DNA of 13,336 nt, taken from the IMG/VR virus record IMGVR_UViG_2563366831_000002; one strand, given 5' to 3'. This DNA comes from a virus (Duplodnaviria; Heunggongvirae; Uroviricota; Caudoviricetes). Positions 1 to 10,697 of the stretch are shown here, piece after piece. How positions within the stretch are numbered: position 1 is the stretch's first letter; every line of letters begins with the position of its first letter. Position numbers and translations under genes: made by a program. The notes under the pieces are model-generated. The model did no database searches, was not told where the DNA came from, and worked only from the letters and a program-made list of their open reading frames with translations.

Positions 1-117
1 TCATTTGATGATGCCTCTGTGTGAAATGACGGTAAACGACGCACTTGTGCCGGCACATAATAGCAAGCACCATAATAGATCAGATTCGATTCTTGCTGTA
101 AGTGATAATTATTCTCG

Positions 118-150
118 TTTTTCGGGTCCTTTCCGGCGATCCAACAGGCT
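118..150 (+). promoter_or_regulatory. Right genome end upstream of cosN; expected location of cosQ (packaging termination element)
   Basis: Non-coding sequence immediately 5' of the cosN nick closely resembles the remembered lambda right end (...GGTCCTTTCCGG.GATCC.ACAGG.TACG). Exact cosQ boundaries not determinable from sequence alone. Confidence 0.4.
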
Positions 151-170
151 ACGGGGCGGCGACCTCGCGG
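149..170 (+). other. cosN: cosN cohesive-end site; 12-nt 5' overhang GGGCGGCGACCT at 154-165 (nicks after 153 on top strand and after 165 on bottom strand)
   Basis: Exact match to the lambda cohesive-end sequence GGGCGGCGACCT followed by CGCGGGTTTTCGCTATTTATGAAAATTTTCCGG; located about 190 bp upstream of nu1 as in lambda. Confidence 0.9.
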
Positions 171-204
171 GTTTTCGCTATTTATGAAAATTTTCCGGGG
201 AAAA

Positions 205-213
205 TCATGTCGG
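205..213 (+). repeat. cosB repeat copy 1 (TCATGTCGG), candidate R3-like gpNu1 site
   Basis: Exact 9-mer TCATGTCGG; same orientation as copy 3. Confidence 0.5.
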
Positions 214-265
214 TACTTCTCGAACATAACTATTTGTTTTTTCTAATATCGAATCCGTAAAAGGT

Positions 266-274
266 CCGACATGA
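266..274 (-). repeat. cosB repeat copy 2 (CCGACATGA on top strand, reverse complement of TCATGTCGG), candidate R2-like site
   Basis: Exact inverted copy; extended match TTTTCATGTCGG on the minus strand. Confidence 0.5.
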
Positions 275-305
275 AAACGCCTAAAAAAGTCATTTTCGGG
301 CACTT

Positions 306-314
306 TCATGTCGG
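306..314 (+). repeat. cosB repeat copy 3 (TCATGTCGG), candidate R1-like site
   Basis: Exact 9-mer, extended TTTCATGTCGG; 28 bp upstream of nu1 start. Confidence 0.5.
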
Positions 315-341
315 CCCCTGTATTTATTGTGAGACTGTTTC

Positions 342-861
342 ATGAAGGTTAATAAAAAGAAACTTGCCGAAATTTTCAACGTGGATCCGCGAACGATTGA
401 ACGCTGGCAGTCTCAGGGACTCCCTTGCGTCTCCGGAGGTGGTAAGGGCGTTGAATCTGTATTTGATACCGCCATGGCAATTCAGTGGTATGCGCAGAGG
501 GAAGCTGATATCGAAAATGAAAAACTCCGTAAAGAGGTTGTGGATTACAGGGCTGCCAGTGAGGCAGATCTCCAGCCTGGGACTATTGAGTACGAACGCC
601 ATCGACTTACGCGTGCGCAGGCCGACGCACAGGAGCTGAAGAATGCCAGAGACTCCGCAGAGGTGGTGGAAACCGCATTCTGTACTTTCGTGCTGTCACG
701 GATCGCAGGTGAAATTGCCAGTATTCTTGACGGGATCCCTCTCTCGGTACAGCGGCGTTTTCCGGAACTGGAAAACCGACATGTTGATTTCCTGAAACGG
801 GATATCATCAAAGCCATGAACAAAGCAGCCGCGCTGGATGAACTGATACCGGGGTTGCTGA

Positions 862-887
<26 letters not shown>
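342..887 (+). CDS. nu1: Terminase small subunit (gpNu1), 181 aa; N-terminal about 75 aa divergent from lambda, remainder lambda-like
   Basis: ATG at 342, stop at 885-887; same length as lambda gpNu1. Residues from about [58 protein letters not shown]... onward match remembered lambda gpNu1; first gene after cos. Confidence 0.93.
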
Positions 888-4568
<3,681 letters not shown>

Positions 4569-4588
<20 letters not shown>

Positions 4589-5888
4589 TCTCCCGCATAT
4601 TGCCAGCATGGCCTTTAATGAGCCGCTGATGCTTGAACCCGCCTATGCGCGGGTTTTCTTTTGTGCGCTTGCAGGCCAGCTTGGGATCAGTCGCCTGACG
4701 GATGCAGTATCCGGCGACAGCCTGACTGCCGGAGAGGCACCCGCGGCGCTGGCGTTATCCGGTGATGATGACGGACCACGACAGGCCCGCAGTTATCAGG
4801 TCATGAACGGCATCGCCGTGCTGCCGGTGTCCGGCACGCTGGTCAGCCGGACGCGAGCGCTGCAGCCGTATTCGGGGATGACCGGTTACAACGGCATTAT
4901 CGCCCGTCTGCAACAGGCTGCCAGCGACCCGATGGTGGACGGCATTCTGCTCGATATGGATACGCCAGGCGGGATGGTGGCAGGGGCATTTGACTGCGCT
5001 GACATCATCGCCCGTGTGCGTGACATAAAGCCGGTATGGGCGCTGGCCAACGACATGAACTGCAGTGCAGGTCAGTTGCTTGCCAGCGCCGCCTCCCGAC
5101 GTCTGGTCACGCAGACCGCCCGGACAGGCTCCATCGGCGTCATGATGGCTCACAGTAATTACGGTGCTGCGCTGGAGAAACAGGGCGTGGAAATCACGCT
5201 GATTTACAGCGGCAGCCATAAGGTGGATGGCAACCCCTACAGCCATCTACCGGGTGATGTCCGGGAGACACTGCAGTCCCGGATGGATGCAACCCGCCGG
5301 ATGTTTGCGCAGAAGGTGTCGGCATATACCGGCCTGTCCGTGCAGGCTGTGCTGGATACCGAGGCTGCAGTGTACAGCGGTCAGGAGGCCATTGATGCCG
5401 GACTGGCTGATGAACTTGTCAACAGCACCGATGCGATCACTGTTATGCGTGATGCACTGGATGCACGTAAATCCCGTCTCTCAGGAGGGCGAATGACCAA
5501 AGAGACTCAATCAACAACTGTTTCAGCCACTGCTTCGCAGGCTGACGTTACTGACGTGGTGCAAGCGACGGAGGGCGAAAACGCCAGCGCGGCGCAGCCG
5601 GACGTGAACGCGCAGATCACCGCTGCGGTTGCGGCAGAAAACAGCCGCATTATGGGGATCCTCAACTGTGAGGAAGCTCACGGACGCGAAGAACAGGCAC
5701 GTGTGCTGGCCGAACCCCCCGGTATGACCGTGGAAACGGCCCGCCGCATTCTGGCAGCTGCACCACAGAGTGCACAGGCGCGCAGTGACACTGCGCTGGA
5801 TCGTCTGATGCAGGGGGCACCGGCACCACTGGCTGCAGGTAACCCGGCATCTGATGCCGTTAACGATTTGCTGAACACACCAGTGTAA
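4569..5888 (+). CDS. C: Head maturation protease / scaffold-related protein gpC (ClpP/SppA-like S49 family), 439 aa
   Basis: GTG at 4569 preceded by GGAGGAG (4557-4563); product starts MTAELRNLPHIASMAFNEPLMLEPAYARVFF as lambda gpC; overlaps B 3' end by 20 nt. The ORF-track ATG at 4434 lies inside B and is unlikely to be the real start. Confidence 0.88.
5283..5888 (+). CDS. nu3: Scaffolding protein gpNu3, 201 aa, translated in-frame from an internal start within C
   Basis: In-frame ATG at 5283 (MDATRRMFAQKVSAYTGL...), at the position equivalent to lambda nu3, sharing the C stop codon; Ala/Gln-rich C-terminal region typical of scaffold proteins. Confidence 0.75.
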   Translation: MDATRRMFAQKVSAYTGLSVQAVLDTEAAVYSGQEAIDAGLADELVNSTDAITVMRDALDARKSRLSGGRMTKETQSTTVSATASQADVTDVVQATEGENASAAQPDVNAQITAAVAAENSRIMGILNCEEAHGREEQARVLAEPPGMTVETARRILAAAPQSAQARSDTALDRLMQGAPAPLAAGNPASDAVNDLLNTPV

Positions 5889-5897
5889 GGGATGTTT

Positions 5898-6230
5898 ATG
5901 ACGAGCAAAGAAACCTTTACCCATTACCAGCCGCTGGGCAACAGTGACCCGGCACATACGGCAACCGCGCCCGGCGGATTGAGTGCGAAAGCGCCTGCAA
6001 TGACCCCGCTGATGCTGGACACCTCCACCCGTAAGCTGGTTGCGTGGGATGGCACCACCGACGGTACTGCCGTTGGCATTCTGGCGGTTGATGCTGACCA
6101 GACCAGCACCACGCTGACGTTCTACAAGTCCGGCACGTTCCGTTATGAGGATGTGCTCTGGCCGGAGGCTGCCAGCGACGAGACGAAAAAACGGACCGCG
6201 TTTGCCGGAACGGCAATCAGCATCGTTTAA
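5898..6230 (+). CDS. D: Capsid decoration protein gpD, 110 aa
   Basis: ATG at 5898 with AAGGGA 8 nt upstream; [64 protein letters not shown]... matches lambda gpD. Confidence 0.95.
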   Translation: MTSKETFTHYQPLGNSDPAHTATAPGGLSAKAPAMTPLMLDTSTRKLVAWDGTTDGTAVGILAVDADQTSTTLTFYKSGTFRYEDVLWPEAASDETKKRTAFAGTAISIV

Positions 6231-6240
6231 CCTTACCCTT

Positions 6241-6262
6241 CATCACTAAAGGCCGCCTGTGC
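6241..6262 (+). terminator. GC-rich stem-loop followed by T7 run in D-E intergenic region (terminator-like / mRNA-stabilising hairpin)
   Basis: GGCCGC-CTGT-GCGGC followed by TTTTTTT (6256-6262); same position as the known hairpin between lambda D and E. Confidence 0.6.
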
Positions 6263-6285
6263 GGCTTTTTTTACGGGATTTTTTT

Positions 6286-7311
6286 ATGTCGATGTACACA
6301 ACCGCCCAGCTGCTGGCGGCAAATGAGCAGAAATTTAAGTTTGATCCGCTGTTTCTGCGTCTCTTTTTCCGTGAGAGCTATCCCTTCACCACGGAGAAAG
6401 TCTATCTCTCACAAATTCCGGGACTGGTAAACATGGCGCTGTACGTTTCGCCGATTGTTTCCGGTGAGGTTATCCGTTCCCGTGGCGGCTCCACCTCTGA
6501 ATTTACGCCGGGATATGTCAAACCCAAGCATGAGGTGAATCCGCAGATGACCCTGCGTCGCCTGCCGGATGAAGATCCGCAGAATCTGGCGGACCCGGCT
6601 TACCGCCGCCGTCGCATCATCCTGCAGAACATGCGAGACGAAGAGCTGGCCATTGCTCAGGTCGAAGAGATGCAGGCCGTTTCTGCTGTGCTTAAGGGCA
6701 AATACACCATGACCGGTGAAGCCTTCGATCCGGTTGAGGTGGATATGGGCCGCAGTGCGGCGAACAACATCACACAGTCCGGTGGTACGGAGTGGAGCAA
6801 GCGTGACAAGTCCACGTATGACCCGACCGACGATATCGAAGCCTATGCGCTGAACGCCAGCGGCGTGGTGAATATCATCGTGTTTGATCCGAAAGGCTGG
6901 GCGCTGTTCCGTTCCTTCAAAGCCGTCAAGGAGAAGCTGGATACCCGTCGCGGCTCTCATTCCGAGCTGGAGACAGCGGTAAAAGACCTGGGCGAAGCGG
7001 TGTCCTATAAGGGGATGTATGGCGATACGGCGATCGTCGTGTATTCCGGACAGTACGTGGAAAACGACGTCAAAAAGAACTTCCTGCCGGACAACACGAT
7101 GGTGCTGGGGAACACTCAGGCACGCGGTCTGCGCACCTATGGCTGCATTCAGGATGCGGACGCACAGCGCGAAGGTATTAACGCCTCTGCCCGCTACCCG
7201 AAAAACTGGGTGACCACCGGCGATCCGGCGCGTGAGTTCACCATGATTCAGTCAGCACCGCTGATGCTGCTGGCTGATCCTGATGCGTTCGTGTCCGTAC
7301 AACTGGCGTAA
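6286..7311 (+). CDS. E: Major capsid protein gpE, 341 aa
   Basis: ATG at 6286; MSMYTTAQLLAANEQKFKFDPLFLRLFFRESYPFTTEKVYLSQIPGLVNMALYVSPIV... matches lambda gpE; 341 aa. The ORF-track start at 6259 is an upstream in-frame extension. Confidence 0.95.
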   Translation: MSMYTTAQLLAANEQKFKFDPLFLRLFFRESYPFTTEKVYLSQIPGLVNMALYVSPIVSGEVIRSRGGSTSEFTPGYVKPKHEVNPQMTLRRLPDEDPQNLADPAYRRRRIILQNMRDEELAIAQVEEMQAVSAVLKGKYTMTGEAFDPVEVDMGRSAANNITQSGGTEWSKRDKSTYDPTDDIEAYALNASGVVNIIVFDPKGWALFRSFKAVKEKLDTRRGSHSELETAVKDLGEAVSYKGMYGDTAIVVYSGQYVENDVKKNFLPDNTMVLGNTQARGLRTYGCIQDADAQREGINASARYPKNWVTTGDPAREFTMIQSAPLMLLADPDAFVSVQLA

Positions 7312-7352
7312 TCATGGCCCTTCGGGGCCATTTTCTCTCTGTGGAGGAGTCC

Positions 7353-7748
7353 ATGACGAAAGATGAACTGATTGCCCGTCTTCAGGTGCTGGGTGAGCAA
7401 CTGAACCGTGATGTCAGCCTGACGGGGACGAAAGAAGAACTGGTGCTCCGTGTGGCAGAGCTGGAAGAGGAGCTTGATGACACGGATGACGCTGCCGGTC
7501 AGGACACATCTGTCAGCCCGGAAAATGCGCTGACCGGACATGAAAATGAGGTGGTATCAGCGCAGCCGGATACCGTGATTGATACGGCTGCTCTGGTCAC
7601 GGTCGTGGCACTGGTGACGCTGCATACTGATGCACTTCACGCCACGCGGGATGAGCCTGTGGCATTTGTGCTGCCGGGAACGGCGTTTCGTGTCTCTGCC
7701 GGTGTGGCAGCCGAAATGACAGAACATGGCCTGGCCAGAATGCAATAA
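7353..7748 (+). CDS. FI: DNA packaging accessory protein gpFI, 131 aa
   Basis: ATG at 7353 preceded by GGAGGAG (7343-7349); MTKDELIARLQVLGEQLNRDVSLTGTKEELVLRVAELEEELDD... lambda gpFI-like with acidic linker. Confidence 0.88.
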   Translation: MTKDELIARLQVLGEQLNRDVSLTGTKEELVLRVAELEEELDDTDDAAGQDTSVSPENALTGHENEVVSAQPDTVIDTAALVTVVALVTLHTDALHATRDEPVAFVLPGTAFRVSAGVAAEMTEHGLARMQ

Positions 7749-7759
7749 CGGGAGGCGCT

Positions 7760-8113
7760 GTGGCTGATTCCGATAACCTGTTCGATGCTGCCATTGCCCG
7801 CGCCGATGAAACGATACGCGGGTACATGGGAACGTCAGCCACCATGACATCCGGTGAGCTGTCCGGTGCTGTGATACGTGGTGTTTTTGATGACCCTGAA
7901 AATATCAGCTATGCCGGACAGGGCGTGCGCGTTGAAGGCTCCAGCCCGTCCCTGTTTGTCCGGACTGATGATGTGCGGCAGCTGCGGCGTGGAGACACAC
8001 TGACCATCGGCGAGGAAAACTTCTGGGTGGACCGGATTTCGCCGGATGATGGCGGAAGCTGTCATCTCTGGCTTGGGCGTGGCGTGCCGCCTGCCGTTAA
8101 CCGTCGCCGCTGA
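7760..8113 (+). CDS. FII: Head-tail joining protein gpFII, 117 aa
   Basis: GTG at 7760 after GGGAGG; 117 aa as lambda gpFII; C-terminal ...GGSCHLWLGRGVPPAVNRRR recognisable. Confidence 0.9.
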   Translation: MADSDNLFDAAIARADETIRGYMGTSATMTSGELSGAVIRGVFDDPENISYAGQGVRVEGSSPSLFVRTDDVRQLRRGDTLTIGEENFWVDRISPDDGGSCHLWLGRGVPPAVNRRR

Positions 8114-8124
8114 AAGGGGGATGT

Positions 8125-8703
8125 ATGGCCATAAAAGGTCTTGAGCAGGCCGTTGAAAACCTCAGCCGTATCAGCAAAACGGCGGTGCCTGGTGCCGCCG
8201 CAATGGCCATTAACCGCGTTGCGTCATCCGCGATATCGCAGTCGGCGTCACAGGTTGCCCGTGAGACAAAGGTACGCCGGAAACTGGTAAAGGAAAGGGC
8301 CAGGCTGAAAAGGGCCACGGTCAAAAATCCGCAGGCCAGAATCAGGGTTAACCGGGGGGATTTGCCCGTAATCAAGCTGGGTAACGCGCGGGTTGTCCTT
8401 TCCCGCCGCAGACGTCGTAAAAAGGGGCAGCGTTCATCCCTGAAAGGTGGCGGCAGCGTGCTTGTGGTGGGAAACCGTCGTATTCCCGGCGCGTTTATTC
8501 AGCAACTGAAAAATGGCCGCTGGCATGTCATGCAGCGTGTGGCCGGGAAAAACCGTTACCCCATTGATGTGGTGAAAATCCCGATGGCGGTGCCGCTGAC
8601 CACGGCGTTTAAACAGAATATTGAACGGATACGGCGTGAACGTCTTCCGAAAGAGCTGGGCTATGCGCTGCAGCATCAACTGAGAATGGTAATAAAGCGA
8701 TGA
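8125..8703 (+). CDS. Z: Tail completion protein gpZ, 192 aa
   Basis: ATG at 8125 after AAGGGGGA; position and size equal lambda gpZ; stop overlaps U start (ATGA at 8700-8703). Confidence 0.9.
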   Translation: MAIKGLEQAVENLSRISKTAVPGAAAMAINRVASSAISQSASQVARETKVRRKLVKERARLKRATVKNPQARIRVNRGDLPVIKLGNARVVLSRRRRRKKGQRSSLKGGGSVLVVGNRRIPGAFIQQLKNGRWHVMQRVAGKNRYPIDVVKIPMAVPLTTAFKQNIERIRRERLPKELGYALQHQLRMVIKR

Positions 8704-9095
8704 AACATACTGAACTCCGTGCAGCCGTACTGGATGCACTGGAGAAGCATGACACCGGGGCGACGTTTTTTGATGGTCGCCCCGCTGTTTTTGATGAGGC
8801 GGATTTTCCGGCAGTTGCCGTTTATCTCACCGGCGCTGAATACACGGGCGAAGAGCTGGACAGCGATACATGGCAGGCGGAGCTGCATATTGAAGTTTTC
8901 CTGCCTGCTCAGGTGCCGGATTCAGAGCTGGATGCGTGGATGGAGTCCCGGATTTATCCGGTGATGAGTGATATCCCGGCACTGTCAGATTTGATCACCA
9001 GTATGGTGGCCAGCGGCTATGACTACCGGCGCGACGATGATGCGGGCCTGTGGAGTTCAGCCGATCTGACTTATGTCATTACCTATGAAATGTGA
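8700..9095 (+). CDS. U: Tail terminator protein gpU, 131 aa
   Basis: ATGA overlap with Z; 131 aa, [67 protein letters not shown]... lambda gpU-like. Confidence 0.92.
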   Translation: MKHTELRAAVLDALEKHDTGATFFDGRPAVFDEADFPAVAVYLTGAEYTGEELDSDTWQAELHIEVFLPAQVPDSELDAWMESRIYPVMSDIPALSDLITSMVASGYDYRRDDDAGLWSSADLTYVITYEM

Positions 9096-9102
9096 GGACG
9101 CT

Positions 9103-9843
9103 ATGCCTGTACCAAATCCAGTAATGCCGGTGAAAGGGGCCGGGACCACCCTGTGGGTTTATAAGGGGAACGGTGACCCTTATGCAAACCCGCTTTCAGA
9201 CAATGACTGGTCGCGTCTGGCAAAGGTTAAAGACCTGACGCCCGGCGAACTGACCGCTGAGTCCTATGACGACAGTTATCTCGATGATGAAGATGCGGAC
9301 TGGACTGCGACCGGGCAGGGGCAGAAATCTGCCGGAGATACCAGCTTCACGCTGGCGTGGATGCCCGGAGAGCAGGGGCAGCAGGCGCTGCTGGCGTGGT
9401 TTAATGAAGGGGATACCCGTGCCTATAAAATCCGCTTCCCGAACGGCACGGTCGATGTGTTCCGCGGCTGGGTCAGCAGTATCGGTAAGGCGGTGACGGC
9501 GAAGGACGTGATCACCCGCACGGTGAAAGTCACCAACGTAGGACGTCCGTCGATGGCAGAAGATCGCAGCACGGTAACAGCGGCAACCGGTATGACCGTG
9601 ACGCCAGCCAGCGCTTCCGTAGTGAAAGGGAAGAGCACCACGCTGACCGTGGCATTCCAGCCGGAAGGCGCAACCGACAAGAGCTTCCGTGCGGTGTCAG
9701 CGGATAAAACAAAAGCCACCGTGTCGGTCAGTGGTATGACCATCACCGTGAAAGGCGTTGCTGCAGGTAAGGTCAACATTCCGGTTGTATCCGGTAATGG
9801 TGAACTTGCTGCGGTTGCAGAAATTACCGTCACCGCCAGTTAA
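9103..9843 (+). CDS. V: Major tail tube protein gpV, 246 aa, with C-terminal Ig-like (Big_2-type) domain
   Basis: ATG at 9103 after GAGGA; [64 protein letters not shown]... matches lambda gpV; 246 aa. The ORF-track start at 9073 is an upstream extension. Confidence 0.93.
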   Translation: MPVPNPVMPVKGAGTTLWVYKGNGDPYANPLSDNDWSRLAKVKDLTPGELTAESYDDSYLDDEDADWTATGQGQKSAGDTSFTLAWMPGEQGQQALLAWFNEGDTRAYKIRFPNGTVDVFRGWVSSIGKAVTAKDVITRTVKVTNVGRPSMAEDRSTVTAATGMTVTPASASVVKGKSTTLTVAFQPEGATDKSFRAVSADKTKATVSVSGMTITVKGVAAGKVNIPVVSGNGELAAVAEITVTAS

Positions 9844-9858
9844 TCCGGAGAGTCAGAG

Positions 9859-10281
9859 ATGTTCCTGAAAACCGAATCATTTGAACATAACGGTGTGACC
9901 GTCACGCTTTCTGAACTGTCAGCCCTGCAGCGTATTGAGCATCTCGCCCTGATGAAACGGCAGGCAGAACAGGCGGAGTCAGACAGCAACCGGAAGTTTA
10001 CTGTGGAAGACGCCATCAGAACCGGCGCGTTTCTGGTGGCGATGTCCCTGTGGCATAACCATCCGAAGAAGACAAAGCTGCCTTCCATGAATGAAGCCGT
10101 TAAACAGATTGAGCAGGAAGTGCTTACCACCTGGCCCACGGAGGCAATTTCTCATGCTGAAAACGTGGTGTACCGGCTGTCCGGTATGTATGAGTTTGTG
10201 GTGAATGATGCTCCTGAACAGACAGAGGACGCCGGGCCTGCAGAGCCTGTTTCTGCGGGAAAGTGTTCGATGGTGAGCTGA
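9859..10281 (+). CDS. G: Tail assembly chaperone gpG, 140 aa
   Basis: ATG at 9859 after GGAGAG; 140 aa as lambda gpG; contains slippery heptamer near its 3' end. Confidence 0.92.
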   Translation: MFLKTESFEHNGVTVTLSELSALQRIEHLALMKRQAEQAESDSNRKFTVEDAIRTGAFLVAMSLWHNHPKKTKLPSMNEAVKQIEQEVLTTWPTEAISHAENVVYRLSGMYEFVVNDAPEQTEDAGPAEPVSAGKCSMVS

Positions 10282-10697
10282 GTTTCGCCCTGAAACTGGC
10301 GCGTGAGATGGGGCGACCCGACTGGCGTGCCATGCTTGCCGGGATGTCATCCACGGAGTATGCCGACTGGCACCGCTTTTACAGTACCCATTATTTTCAT
10401 GATGTTCTGCTGGATATGCACTTTTCCGGGCTGACGTACACCGTGCTCAGCCTGTTTTTCAGCGATCCGGATATGCATCCGCTGGATTTCAGTCTGCTGA
10501 ACCGGCGTGAGGCTGACGAAGAGCCTGAAGATGATGTGCTGATGCAGAAAGCGGCAGGGCTTGCCGGAGGCGTCCGCTTTGGCCCGGACGGGAATGAAGT
10601 TATCCCCGCTTCCCCGGATGTGGCGGACATGACGGAGGATGACGTAATGCTGATGACAGTATCAGAAGGGATCGCAGGAGGAGTCCGGTATGGCTGA
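9859..10697 (+). CDS. T: Tail assembly chaperone fusion gpGT, produced by -1 frameshift at 10257-10263 (G frame 9859-10262, then T frame 10262/10263-10697)
   Basis: T frame has no plausible independent initiation context and begins exactly at the slippery site; architecture identical to lambda G/GT; T stop 10695-10697 overlaps H start. Confidence 0.85.
10257..10263 (+). promoter_or_regulatory. Programmed -1 ribosomal frameshift slippery heptamer G GGA AAG (G frame)
   Basis: GGGAAAG at 10257-10263, 6 codons before the G stop; the -1 frame opens into the 145-codon T ORF (10263-10697). Confidence 0.85.

Larger units (their letters stand above)
171..341 (+). promoter_or_regulatory. cosB: cosB-like terminase small-subunit binding region between cosN and nu1
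   Basis: Position equivalent to lambda cosB; contains three copies of a 9-bp motif in +,-,+ arrangement and an AT-rich spacer (about 228-262). Confidence 0.6.

Noticed and set aside
5-187. 60-aa + strand ORF at the window start
   Set aside because: It reads straight across the cosN cohesive-end site and the non-coding genome end; no start context, and lambda has no gene here. Chance ORF.
215-262. Possible IHF binding site in the AT-rich spacer between cosB repeats 1 and 2 (analogous to lambda I1)
   Set aside because: I could not find a convincing match to the IHF consensus WATCAANNNNTTR on either strand by eye; left as part of the cosB region without a specific call.
6259-7352. ORF-track upstream-extended starts for E (6259) and FI (7314), and likewise V (9073) and D (5892)
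   Set aside because: Extensions are in-frame read-through of intergenic sequence; the downstream ATGs have better ribosome-binding context and give the known protein N-termini.
10263-10697. T ORF as an independent gene starting at GTG 10263
   Set aside because: No ribosome-binding site; begins exactly at the slippery heptamer inside G. Better explained as the -1 frameshift extension producing gpGT.
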